This document shows, one piece after another, positions 23,011 through 32,734 of a stretch of 64,000 bases of DNA. This stretch comes from an uncultured virus (IMG/VR IMGVR_UViG_3300010885_058378). Its lineage: Duplodnaviria > Heunggongvirae > Uroviricota > Caudoviricetes. A program made the position numbers and the translations under genes. The notes beneath the pieces were generated by a model that searched no databases, was not told the DNA's origin, and saw only the letters and a program-made list of their open reading frames with translations. The stretch is taken from positions 1 through 64,000 of IMG/VR virus record IMGVR_UViG_3300010885_058378. One strand, 5' to 3'. Numbering within the stretch: position 1 is the stretch's first letter; the number at the start of each line of letters is the position of its first letter.

Positions 23011-23786
23011 TTAAAAACTACGGATTTAACACATTTGTAACCAAAAACTGGTTACCTTTGGCTGAAACCCTAGTGGACTCTATTGTTTCTTTTAGTAAAT
23101 ATCCAATAACTATTAATTGTATAAATTTTGAACATAATTTTAATAACAATAAAGTTACAAGCAAAACAATAAATATTGATAATCTTAATTTTTATTCAGT
23201 ATGTATGATTAAATGGTTATCATTATTAGATAGTCAATATGATATTTGTGCTATTCTTGATTCTGACATGGTTGTAACAAAAGAGGTAGACGAATTATTT
23301 GAAAGTAATGAAGTCAAAATAGAACAATCCAAGTTTCCACTCCTGGCAAAGCACCCTCATAATCCATTTGAAAACCCTATGCACAAAAGTAACTTGGAAC
23401 AATTATGCAAAATATTCTCAAATAATAAACCTAAAATGAAATGGGTATATGCCTGTGGATTAGTTGCCCATCATCATAAATGGTTCATTTCCGAATTAGT
23501 TGATAGTCTAAAAGCTTTCCATGAACAAGGGAAAAGTACGTATATTGAAGATGAAGGTATGTTAAATGCTTTATTAACAAAATATGAAGTTAATGAAGAT
23601 CTAGGATATAATCATATACCAAATTCTACGTTAATTCAAGCATATATAGATAATGATATAAATAATGTAGAATTATATGAATCATATTTAAAAAATGACT
23701 GTCCTGTTAGATTCTATATTTTGCATGGATGTAAAAATCCCAGATTAGCAAATAATATTCTTAAACAAATTAAAGATAAAAAATGA
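23007..23786 (+). CDS. putative GT8-like glycosyltransferase
   Basis: LDSD motif, DEGMLN, ILHGCK. Confidence 0.6.
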   Translation: MIKNYGFNTFVTKNWLPLAETLVDSIVSFSKYPITINCINFEHNFNNNKVTSKTINIDNLNFYSVCMIKWLSLLDSQYDICAILDSDMVVTKEVDELFESNEVKIEQSKFPLLAKHPHNPFENPMHKSNLEQLCKIFSNNKPKMKWVYACGLVAHHHKWFISELVDSLKAFHEQGKSTYIEDEGMLNALLTKYEVNEDLGYNHIPNSTLIQAYIDNDINNVELYESYLKNDCPVRFYILHGCKNPRLANNILKQIKDKK

Positions 23787-24445
23787 TCATACATCATCAT
23801 CTTGGACTAGGCGACCATTTTGTATGTAATGGTCTAGTAAATTTTATTGCTAAACAGAATACAGATAGCATAGATTTGATGTGCAAAAAACATAATTTAC
23901 CAACAGTAGAATGTTTATACTCTGAAAATAACAAAGTCAAAGTGATTCCAATTGAATATAATGGTAATGAACTAGAATCAGTTAATAAATATGCACTATC
24001 TCATAATAAAACAATTTTACGAATAGGATTTCAATATTGCGATCCAAACAATTGGGATAAATCTTTTTATAAACAAGCCGGAATAGATTTTATAGAAAGA
24101 TATCGATTTTTCAAATTGCCCAGATCTAAACCAAACCCTGTTCTGCAGCCTCCAAGTCACAAATATATTTTTGTTCATAATCAGAGTAGTGACGGAGTAT
24201 ACGATCTTCCTGTAAAAAGTGATCTTCCAAAAGTTTATGTTAAAAAAGAAGATACAGACAATCTATTGTCCTACATTGACTTAATACAAAATGCTGAAGA
24301 AATTCATTGTATTAATAGTTCATTATTTCATCTTATAGACTCGATGCCTTGCACCACCACCAAACTATACTACCATGATATTAGAAAGCACCCGTGTTCA
24401 TTTGAAGTTTCCTATAAATGGATTGTTGTGAACTATGACAATTAA
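23783..24445 (+). CDS. putative glycosyltransferase
   Basis: HLGLGD N-terminal motif, AEEIHCINSS. Confidence 0.55.
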   Translation: MIIHHHLGLGDHFVCNGLVNFIAKQNTDSIDLMCKKHNLPTVECLYSENNKVKVIPIEYNGNELESVNKYALSHNKTILRIGFQYCDPNNWDKSFYKQAGIDFIERYRFFKLPRSKPNPVLQPPSHKYIFVHNQSSDGVYDLPVKSDLPKVYVKKEDTDNLLSYIDLIQNAEEIHCINSSLFHLIDSMPCTTTKLYYHDIRKHPCSFEVSYKWIVVNYDN

Positions 24446-25064
24446 TGGACAAATATTAGAAGGATCATTATTTGCAGACAATATAGGTTTTATATTTAAA
24501 AAATATAGACCCACAACCATAGTAGAAATTGGAACATGGAAAGGTCTTGGTTCTACTAAAAGAATCATTGATAATATAATCAACAATAATCTAGATTGCT
24601 ATTTTCTAACTCTAGAAACAAACAGAGATTTCCACCTCATTGCTAAAAACAACTTACAAAATTACACTAAGTATGTAAATTTAATTTATGGTCGAATTAT
24701 AGAGCAGTCTGATATATTTAAATTTCTTGACTTAAGCCCTATGAGCGATGAATCATTTACCATAGAACAGCAAAAGTCTTGGCTTGAGGCAGATATTAAA
24801 AATATGGAGCAGTGCCCGAATGTTCTAGACCAGATTCCATCCAACATAGACTTTTTACTTTTAGATGGCGGAGAATTCTCCACATACTCAGAATGGATGC
24901 TACTCAAAGACAGATCCAAAGTCATAGCATTAGACGATACAAAAATGCAAAAATGCAAATATATAAAACTAGATATCCTAAATAATCAAAATAAATATAA
25001 TATTCTTATAGATTCTGATGATCGTAATGGATTTATGATAATAGAGAACAAAGACAACATATGA
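24435..25064 (+). CDS. class I SAM-dependent methyltransferase
   Basis: IVEIGTWKG, DFLLLDGG, IALDD. Confidence 0.75.
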   Translation: MTINGQILEGSLFADNIGFIFKKYRPTTIVEIGTWKGLGSTKRIIDNIINNNLDCYFLTLETNRDFHLIAKNNLQNYTKYVNLIYGRIIEQSDIFKFLDLSPMSDESFTIEQQKSWLEADIKNMEQCPNVLDQIPSNIDFLLLDGGEFSTYSEWMLLKDRSKVIALDDTKMQKCKYIKLDILNNQNKYNILIDSDDRNGFMIIENKDNI

Positions 25065-25444
25065 ACTATAGTATATTGGTATCAAATGGAGAGATATTAG
25101 ATAAATTTTCTATATTAATCATAAAACAAGATCAAATTACTGATTTTAATAAACTAAATAATATTAAGACTGAAATTAATACTCTGTCTTCTATTGTTAA
25201 AGAGATAATAGAAAAATACTCTTTGCAAAAATTATATAATACATTGCAATCAGTGAATCAGAAACTGTGGAATATTGAGAACAAAATTCGTATGAAAGAA
25301 AAAAACCAAGAATTTGATAATGATTTCATACAATTGGCTAGGAATGTCTATAAAACAAATGATGAAAGAGCAGATGTAAAAAAACAAATAAACCATATAT
25401 CGTTTTCAGAGATTATAGAAGAAAAATCTTATGAAAAGTATTGA
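25061..25444 (+). CDS. conserved helical protein (DUF6165-like) associated with GT clusters
   Basis: VSNGEILDKFSIL.IK, VN.KLW.IE, AR.VY..ND.R...K..IN, EEKSY. Confidence 0.7.
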   Translation: MNYSILVSNGEILDKFSILIIKQDQITDFNKLNNIKTEINTLSSIVKEIIEKYSLQKLYNTLQSVNQKLWNIENKIRMKEKNQEFDNDFIQLARNVYKTNDERADVKKQINHISFSEIIEEKSYEKY

Positions 25445-26216
25445 TAGAATAGAGATAAATAAATTTTCACACCTTCATGATGAAAAAAATATCTTTTTTT
25501 GCAAAACAGATTATATTCTGGAGGACTTTAAAAACATATCAAAATTAGACCATCCTGTTACACTAATTACTGGCAATTCAGATTATGCGATTACTGATGA
25601 ACTAGTATCTTTGGCTCCAAAAAATATTGTCTCTTGGTATGCCCAAAATGCTCTTTCTAATGCTGAAATTCTCCATCCTATTCCCCTAGGACTAGAGAAC
25701 AAACTCCCTTCTGTTAGAGATGGTCATGGGATAGGTTACTTTGATAGAGCTTCAAAAAAAGAAGAATTATTAAATTCTATAAATAATAATCCAACTAAAT
25801 TAATATATGCTAATTTTAATATTGATACCAACTATGATTATAGATCAGCAGTAAAAAAGAAATGTATAGACTCTTCTTTCATAGATTGGCAAGAGCCAAC
25901 TCTTGCTTTGTCTGAATTTTTTAATAAGATTACTGACTACAAAATGGTTGTTTGTCCGGCAGGAAATGGAGTTGATACTCATAGATTGTGGGAAACTCTT
26001 TACTGTGGACGAATACCGATAACAATAATTGTTGGAGAGTATAAAATATATGAACTATATAAAAAATTACCAATTATATTATTAAACAATACTCAAGATA
26101 TATCAAACTACAACCTGATTATGCAAAAATATGCGGAATGTCAATCTAAAAATTTTAATCAAAAACTATTAAATATGAATTATTGGATAACTAAAATCAA
26201 AAAAAATAATGAATAA
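25431..26216 (+). CDS. exostosin/GT47-like glycosyltransferase
   Basis: CPAGNGVDTHRLWETLY.G.IPI. Confidence 0.7.
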   Translation: MKSIDRIEINKFSHLHDEKNIFFCKTDYILEDFKNISKLDHPVTLITGNSDYAITDELVSLAPKNIVSWYAQNALSNAEILHPIPLGLENKLPSVRDGHGIGYFDRASKKEELLNSINNNPTKLIYANFNIDTNYDYRSAVKKKCIDSSFIDWQEPTLALSEFFNKITDYKMVVCPAGNGVDTHRLWETLYCGRIPITIIVGEYKIYELYKKLPIILLNNTQDISNYNLIMQKYAECQSKNFNQKLLNMNYWITKIKKNNE

Positions 26217-26964
26217 CTTAATTTATTTTACAATTGGCAATAATAGTGAATATATCAAATTAGCACAGCTATGTATTAATAGTTTACAAAAACAAAAATA
26301 TAATGAAGATATTTTATTTATAACAGATAATAATTATATAAATATTATAAAAGATTATATAAATTGGCCTAGTAATAAACTTCATTTATTGACTGTAGAT
26401 AATCAAACTAATCTTATTAGCTCGTCTGCTAATAAACTAAAGATATATAAATTTGCCAATATTAATAAATATATAAATATTATATATTGTGACATTGATA
26501 TATTATGGACAAAAAATCCAAATACTATTTTTAATTTAATTACTAATAATAAAATTTATATAAGCAGAGATAATAAAAACTATACTATGGCACATAAATA
26601 CTGGGGTGGAGATATATTAACCGAGGAAGAAAAATATCAAATAAATTCTTCTAATACAATTGGATTAAATGCTGGATTATTTGCATTTAATATTGATGCA
26701 ATAAATATTTTTATTGAAATAGATAAATTTTTTAATTCCAATATACATCTTGCTAATGTCTGTTTAGAACAACCGTTCATTAATACCTATCTATATAGAA
26801 ACCAGGTTTACAATCTGATACCAGAAGATATTATATCACATGATGGCTATCTTTATGAAAATAATCAGTTCGAAGGAACCGCATTACATTTTGCTGGAGG
26901 TCCAGGAAATTATTCGCATAAATTTAATAAAATGACTAACTATTATACACAATACTTTTCTTGA
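26209..26964 (+). CDS. GT8-like glycosyltransferase
   Basis: YCDID, LNAGLF, EQPFIN, LHFAG. Confidence 0.75.
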   Translation: MNNLIYFTIGNNSEYIKLAQLCINSLQKQKYNEDILFITDNNYINIIKDYINWPSNKLHLLTVDNQTNLISSSANKLKIYKFANINKYINIIYCDIDILWTKNPNTIFNLITNNKIYISRDNKNYTMAHKYWGGDILTEEEKYQINSSNTIGLNAGLFAFNIDAINIFIEIDKFFNSNIHLANVCLEQPFINTYLYRNQVYNLIPEDIISHDGYLYENNQFEGTALHFAGGPGNYSHKFNKMTNYYTQYFS

Positions 26965-27524
26965 CTATGATACAAATGACACAACCATATATTTTAAACA
27001 CTAGATCAGATATTTTTAATCTAGTACCTCAACAACTAATTATTGGAGAAATTGGAGTTTTTAAAGGAGATTTTTCTAAAATAATTTTTGATATAGCTAA
27101 ACCTAAAGAATTACATTTAATAGACATATTTGATGGTATTACTATGTCTGGTAATAAAGATGGAAAAGATATTATATATACAAATTTATCAGATGAATAT
27201 ATTGCTTTATCTGAATATTTTCATATAAATCAAAATGTTATTTTACATAAAGGAAAAAGTTCTGATGTTCTAAAAACTTTTCCTAATAATTATTTTGATT
27301 TCTTGTATATTGATGGAGATCATTCATACGAGGGTGTATACTCAGATCTTGAACTTTCATTAATCAAAGTTAAATCGCAAGGAAATATTGCTGGACATGA
27401 TTATAATCAATATTCTTTTCCTGGCGTATATAATGCAGTAAATAATTTTTGTAATAAATATAATTTACGCATTAATTATCTTACTAAAGACTTATTACCT
27501 TCCTATGTTATTTCTATAATATGA
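26961..27524 (+). CDS. SAM-dependent methyltransferase (Methyltransf_24-like)
   Basis: EIGVFKG, YIDGDHSY, GHDY. Confidence 0.85.
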   Translation: MTMIQMTQPYILNTRSDIFNLVPQQLIIGEIGVFKGDFSKIIFDIAKPKELHLIDIFDGITMSGNKDGKDIIYTNLSDEYIALSEYFHINQNVILHKGKSSDVLKTFPNNYFDFLYIDGDHSYEGVYSDLELSLIKVKSQGNIAGHDYNQYSFPGVYNAVNNFCNKYNLRINYLTKDLLPSYVISII

Positions 27525-28258
27525 AAACTTATAAATGCTCTTCTTTCTGTTCATTATACAAAGGAGAAAAATTCATTCAAGGATATATAGAAGATATGCT
27601 CAAGCAATCTATCTTCAATGATATAGAATTTATTTTTTTAGATTGTGCTTCTCCAGAAAATGAAAAAGAGTTTATATCACCATTAACTGAACAATATTCA
27701 AATATAAAATATCTTAGATTAGATAGTGATCCTGGTTTATATGCAGCATGGAACATTGCTGTTAAAATGTGCTCATCAGACATAATCGGCAATTGGAATA
27801 TTGACGATAGAAAAAATATAAATAGTTTTGAAATACTACTTAAGTGTTTTGATAGAGATCCAAATTTAGATGTAGCATACGGACTAACATACGTATCAAC
27901 AATTGCTAATGAAAAATATGAAAATAATGATTACTCTAATTTTTATCCGTGCTTACCTCATTCGTTAAAAAACTTATTAATGAATAATAGCCCCCATTGT
28001 ATGCCGTTATGGAAAAAGAATTTACACGATAGATTTGGATACTTTGACGAATCATATAAGACGGCTTCTGATGGAGATATGTGGTTGCGTTCCTGCGTCG
28101 GAGGTGCTAAGATACAGTTGGTCAATCATCCTGTTGGCTTGTACTACCACAACCCAAAGGGTAGATCGACTGATCAAAAAACGTTGTTGGAGATGGTTGC
28201 TGAAGTTCAGCAAATGAGAAAAAAATACATACCATATTTGGAGAATGACAATGGATAG
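27521..28258 (+). CDS. family 2 glycosyltransferase
   Basis: DPGLYAAWN, NIDD, FDE.Y..A.D.DMWLR. Confidence 0.85.
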   Translation: MKTYKCSSFCSLYKGEKFIQGYIEDMLKQSIFNDIEFIFLDCASPENEKEFISPLTEQYSNIKYLRLDSDPGLYAAWNIAVKMCSSDIIGNWNIDDRKNINSFEILLKCFDRDPNLDVAYGLTYVSTIANEKYENNDYSNFYPCLPHSLKNLLMNNSPHCMPLWKKNLHDRFGYFDESYKTASDGDMWLRSCVGGAKIQLVNHPVGLYYHNPKGRSTDQKTLLEMVAEVQQMRKKYIPYLENDNG

Positions 28259-28394
28259 TTTTATTATTTTGTGTTTGGCAATATCCCTAATTGGCGGAAT
28301 AATTTCTGGAATCAAAGAAATGACAGATAGATCAGGTTATTCTGTTAAATCATCAAAAAATATATTTACATTTCTGTTTTGGGATAAATATTAA
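28251..28394 (+). CDS. small membrane protein (47 aa)
   Basis: Manual translation MDSFIILCLAISLIGGIISGIKE...WDKY*; fills gap exactly, overlapping both neighbours. Confidence 0.55.
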   Translation: MDSFIILCLAISLIGGIISGIKEMTDRSGYSVKSSKNIFTFLFWDKY

Positions 28395-28924
28395 TGGAAA
28401 GACTAAAAAATCAAAGAGTTTATCTGGCTGGAGCAATGGATAGAGTTCCAGATAGAGGTTCAACATGGAGAGATAATATTACTCCATTTCTTAATGAGCT
28501 TGGTATAGTAGTGTTTAATCCTATTAGTAAACCAACAGATATAGGATTAGAAGATAAAGACACTCATGCTATAAAAACCAAGCTCAAAGAAAAAGCACGA
28601 TACGACGAATTAACTGCCATGATGAAAACTATTCGTTCTGTTGATCTGAGGCTTGTAGACATTAGTGATTTTCTCATAGTTAATTTGGACCTTAATACTC
28701 ATCCATGCGGAACTCTTGAAGAAATTTTCTGGGCCAATCGTCAAAAGAAACCAATAATTATTCATATGGTTCAAGGAAAGAATCATACTCCAGATTGGCT
28801 ATTTGGAACAATACCTCACCAGATGATATTCTCTACATGGGATGAAATCAAGAGTTATTTACAACATATTAATACCTCTGAAAATATAGATTCTCATAAA
28901 AGATGGTATTTCTTCTCGGTGTAA
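28394..28924 (+). CDS. nucleoside 2-deoxyribosyltransferase-like protein
   Basis: VYLAGAM, VFNP, DL..V..SD, GT.EE motifs. Confidence 0.75.
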   Translation: MERLKNQRVYLAGAMDRVPDRGSTWRDNITPFLNELGIVVFNPISKPTDIGLEDKDTHAIKTKLKEKARYDELTAMMKTIRSVDLRLVDISDFLIVNLDLNTHPCGTLEEIFWANRQKKPIIIHMVQGKNHTPDWLFGTIPHQMIFSTWDEIKSYLQHINTSENIDSHKRWYFFSV

Positions 28925-28925
28925 A

Positions 28926-29129
28926 ATGCCTAAATACTATGTTAAATCAGGTCAAATAAAATTTATTGTAGATTGTACCGATTATATATGCGCTATATTA
29001 GCTGCTTTGTCTCACTATAAAGGAAAAGGTGTTGTTACCGGGCCAAAAATTTGTGTTAGTGAACAAGGATTTGAAGATTTTAAAAAATGGAAATGTTACG
29101 ACACAGATAAGTACCTAAAAGGAATATAA
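28926..29129 (+). CDS. hypothetical protein
   Basis: 67 aa ORF coupled to guaC. Confidence 0.6.
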   Translation: MPKYYVKSGQIKFIVDCTDYICAILAALSHYKGKGVVTGPKICVSEQGFEDFKKWKCYDTDKYLKGI

Positions 29130-30256
29130 TGCAAAAAATTATAAACGAAATTAAATTAGACTTTGATGATGTTCTAATTAGGCCCAAAAGATCAACTCTC
29201 AATAGTCGATCAGAAGTTTGTATCCAAAGAGAATTTAAATTTAAATATTCTCCACGAAAATTACTAGCAGTTCCAATAATGGTTGCCAATATGGATACTG
29301 TTGGAACTTTTGAGATGGCGAAATCATTAGGAAAAAATCAAGCTATAGTATGTTTACATAAGCATTATAAGATTAATGAATATGTTGCTTTTTATACTGA
29401 TCCTAGTATTGTAAATAAAAATCTTGCATTTTATTCTATCGGCACAAGCCAGACAGATCTAGAAAAATTAACTGAAGTATTCAACCAAATTAAAAAATTC
29501 AACTATCCTACGCCTAATATATGCTTAGATGTTGCAAACGGATATACAGAACAATTTGTTAAAATTGCTCGTAAAATAAGAAATTTATATCCAGAGTCTG
29601 TTATCATGGCTGGCAATGTGGTAACCCCAGAAATGACAGAAGAACTAATTATTCATGGTCAGGTCGATATAGTTAAAGTCGGCATAGGATCTGGCAGTGT
29701 TTGTACCACTCGTTTAAAAACTGGCGTAGGATACCCTCAGTTGAGTGCTGTGATGGAATGTACGGACGCTGCTCATGGCCTTGGTGGGCACGTTTGTTCA
29801 GACGGAGGATGCAAAGTAATTGGAGATGTGTGTAAAGCATTTGGTGCAAATGGTGATTTCGTTATGCTAGGAAGCATATTTGCTGGCACAGACGAGTGTG
29901 AAGGAGAATGGAAATATGAATATTTAGTTGAAGCAGGATCATCTGCTCCCGGATTTTGGCAACCAATAGACCCAGGTAATGACACTATAAAAAAGAAAAT
30001 ATCTTTACAATATTATGGAATGAGCAGTTCAAAAGCCATGGAAAAACACCATAATGGCGTTGCAGACTATAGAACAGCAGAAGGTAAGTGCGTTACTGTT
30101 CCATATAAAGGAATGGCAGAAGAAGTACTTCAAGACATTTATGGAGGAATACGAAGTGCTTGCACTTATATAGGCGCTAGTAAAATAAAAGACTTTGGTA
30201 AGAAAACAACATTTATACAAGTCAACAATACTCACAATAAGATATACGAAAAATGA
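29129..30256 (+). CDS. guaC: GMP reductase
   Basis: KLDFDDVLIRPKRS, ANMDTVGT, DVANGY, KVGIG.GSVCTTR, SDGGC, RTAEGK. Confidence 0.95.
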   Translation: MQKIINEIKLDFDDVLIRPKRSTLNSRSEVCIQREFKFKYSPRKLLAVPIMVANMDTVGTFEMAKSLGKNQAIVCLHKHYKINEYVAFYTDPSIVNKNLAFYSIGTSQTDLEKLTEVFNQIKKFNYPTPNICLDVANGYTEQFVKIARKIRNLYPESVIMAGNVVTPEMTEELIIHGQVDIVKVGIGSGSVCTTRLKTGVGYPQLSAVMECTDAAHGLGGHVCSDGGCKVIGDVCKAFGANGDFVMLGSIFAGTDECEGEWKYEYLVEAGSSAPGFWQPIDPGNDTIKKKISLQYYGMSSSKAMEKHHNGVADYRTAEGKCVTVPYKGMAEEVLQDIYGGIRSACTYIGASKIKDFGKKTTFIQVNNTHNKIYEK

Positions 30257-31317
30257 AAATAAATTATTCAAGTCCAGTTAATAACACCGGCTACGGATTA
30301 GCATCAATTAATATATTGCGAGAACTATCAAAGATAGTAGACGTAACTTACTACCCCATAGGCCAGCCATCAGTTAATAATCAAGATGATCATGACTTTA
30401 TACTTTCTTTATTAAAGAAGAGGATGAGTCCTGATATTAATGCTGTTAATTTTAAGATCTGGCATCAATTTGATTTATTAGAGCATATAGGTAGAGGAAA
30501 ATATATTGCTTATCCTTTTTTTGAGTTGGATACATTTAATGAATATGAAAAAATTAATCTAAAAGTTCCAGACAGCATATGCGTTAGTAGCAAATGGGGT
30601 CAGGAAGTTCTGCTTAAGAATGGAATAGATTCTGAATCATTCGTAGTGCCATTAGGTGTTAATAGAAACATTTTTAATGATACCATAAAAAGAACTAGAT
30701 CAGATGATAAATATATTTTTCTAAATATAGGCAAATGGGAAGTTCGTAAAGGACACGATATTTTATTCTCTTTATTTAATGAGGCTTTTCCAGATCAAAA
30801 AGATGTTGAACTATGGATATTAGCATCAGAAAAAACCAATTCGTATTCATCTGCTGATGAACTAAAACAATGGAAAAATATGTATGGTTCAGATAGAGTA
30901 AAATTATTTGATGGATTTGAAACTCAAGAAGAAATAGCTCAATTAATAGCAGATGCTGATTGTGGATTATATCCATCAAGAGCAGAAGGATGGAATCTTG
31001 AACTATTAGAAACCATGAGTATGGGAAAACCAACCATAGCGACCAACTATTCTGCACACACAGAGTTTTGCACACCAGAAAATTGTTATTTGGTCAATAT
31101 TGAGGAGACAGAAAAAGCTTTTGATGGAAAAGCATTTCAAGGTCAGGGGAATTGGGCTAAATTAGGAAATAATCAGATAGAAAATATTATTGAGCATATG
31201 AGATATGTTTATAATAATAGAATAAATACTAATGATAATGGAATAGAAACAGCTAAAAAATACTCATGGGACAATTCTGCTCAACAAGTTTTAAGGTGTA
31301 TTAATACATACTCTTAA
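30253..31317 (+). CDS. GT4-family glycosyltransferase
   Basis: RKGHD, PSRAEGWNLELLETM.MGKP. Confidence 0.85.
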   Translation: MKINYSSPVNNTGYGLASINILRELSKIVDVTYYPIGQPSVNNQDDHDFILSLLKKRMSPDINAVNFKIWHQFDLLEHIGRGKYIAYPFFELDTFNEYEKINLKVPDSICVSSKWGQEVLLKNGIDSESFVVPLGVNRNIFNDTIKRTRSDDKYIFLNIGKWEVRKGHDILFSLFNEAFPDQKDVELWILASEKTNSYSSADELKQWKNMYGSDRVKLFDGFETQEEIAQLIADADCGLYPSRAEGWNLELLETMSMGKPTIATNYSAHTEFCTPENCYLVNIEETEKAFDGKAFQGQGNWAKLGNNQIENIIEHMRYVYNNRINTNDNGIETAKKYSWDNSAQQVLRCINTYS

Positions 31318-31339
31318 AAATTATCAATAAGGACCTATT

Positions 31340-31939
31340 ATGCCAATTCCATCACCAAGAGATGACGAAGATAATCAAAAGTTTGTGGGTCGTTGTATGG
31401 GCGACGAAACCATGAAAAAAGATTATCCAGATTCTAAGCAAAGAGTTGCAATATGTTTAGGACAAACTAAACAAAAAAATAAAAGTAGTATTTTTGATAA
31501 AGTATTTGATATACTTAATTATGCTTTGTCTTATGATAGTTGTGATAGTTGTGGATCAGTAGAAGAATTATCATTATCCAACTTAGTATTTCCAACAGAA
31601 TACGAACAAACTGACGAGATAACAGAAGAGTATGATGTTAGCTATTTATATAATACTCCAACATCAGTTGCTTCAGAATACCAGGGTCGTAAAGTAACAC
31701 TTAATAAACCATTCAGAACACCAGGTGGACCTAAAAAATTTGCAGTATATGTAAAAAATAATAAAGGTAAAGTAATTATTGTAAGATTTGGATCTAAAGA
31801 AATGAGCATCAAAAGAGATAACCCCAAAAGACGTAAAAGCTTTAGAGCAAGACATAAATGCGATCAACAAAAAGATAAAACAACACCGGCGTACTGGTCA
31901 TGCTATCAATGGAGGGCGAATAGTCCGGTTCAGGATTAA
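31340..31939 (+). CDS. phage protein with basic C-terminal domain
   Basis: MPIPSP..FVGRCM..QR.AIC and KKFAVYVK..VRFG..RRKSFRARHKC..YWSC motifs recurrent in large phages; GGTGTA motif at 31295. Confidence 0.7.
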   Translation: MPIPSPRDDEDNQKFVGRCMGDETMKKDYPDSKQRVAICLGQTKQKNKSSIFDKVFDILNYALSYDSCDSCGSVEELSLSNLVFPTEYEQTDEITEEYDVSYLYNTPTSVASEYQGRKVTLNKPFRTPGGPKKFAVYVKNNKGKVIIVRFGSKEMSIKRDNPKRRKSFRARHKCDQQKDKTTPAYWSCYQWRANSPVQD

Positions 31940-31950
31940 AAAATAATTTT

Positions 31951-31994
31951 TGGAGATCCTAGTTGTTGGTGTATTCTCTTTTAAAGGATCTCCA
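31951..31994 (+). promoter_or_regulatory. RBS-occluding hairpin enclosing GGTGTA motif
   Basis: TGGAGATCCT (31951-31960) and AGGATCTCCA (31985-31994) form a perfect 10-bp inverted repeat; GGTGTA at 31968-31973; ATG at 31997. Confidence 0.75.
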
Positions 31995-31996
31995 TT

Positions 31997-32734
31997 ATGT
32001 ACTATGTCTATGGTTTATACAAGAAAAATATAAAGTATAAAACTAATGTTTTAGATGAACATTTATTTTATGTTGGAATTTCATCATCAGATAAAAATTT
32101 CTATTTTAGAATGAAAAATCACAAAACAGATAAGTGCAATCCCTATAAATTAAATATAATAGCAAAATATGATTTTATTATTAGAGTTTTTTGGAATACT
32201 AATACACAAAAAGAAGCTGAAGAAAGAGAAGAATTTCTAATTCATTGGTTTGGTAGGAGAATTCATAAAACTGGAATTTTAACTAATATTTTATCTGGAG
32301 CTAATGATAATATTTTTATAGGAAAAAAACATACAAAAACTACTAGAAAAAAAATATCAAAAGCACTAAAAAAAATTAATACTAATTTTAATATTAGGAT
32401 TGCTAATAGAGATAGAAATTTAACTAAACCGTATAATGAAATTATACAACTAATCGAGGAATGGGCTAGAAATCCCTTAGAAACACAACAAGATTTTGCA
32501 AATAAATATAATATTTCTAGATCCAAATTTAAAGATTGGATTAGATTATACAAGCCAGAGTATATAGGTTTAACTAAAAAAATACAAAAAAAATTATTTG
32601 ATCAAATTATACAAAAAAATAAAACAAATAAAGCAATTATTCAAGAATATATGACTATTACAGGATATAGTTTTTCAAAAGCCAAAGGGGTGTATTATAG
32701 GTTAACAACCAATAAGGGTAAAATCAATGAATAA
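31997..32734 (+). CDS. free-standing GIY-YIG homing endonuclease
   Basis: YVYGL..FYVGI..R...H..E..LI..N core; NUMOD3-like KHTKTTRKKIS; HTH-like C-terminus. Confidence 0.8.
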   Translation: MYYVYGLYKKNIKYKTNVLDEHLFYVGISSSDKNFYFRMKNHKTDKCNPYKLNIIAKYDFIIRVFWNTNTQKEAEEREEFLIHWFGRRIHKTGILTNILSGANDNIFIGKKHTKTTRKKISKALKKINTNFNIRIANRDRNLTKPYNEIIQLIEEWARNPLETQQDFANKYNISRSKFKDWIRLYKPEYIGLTKKIQKKLFDQIIQKNKTNKAIIQEYMTITGYSFSKAKGVYYRLTTNKGKINE

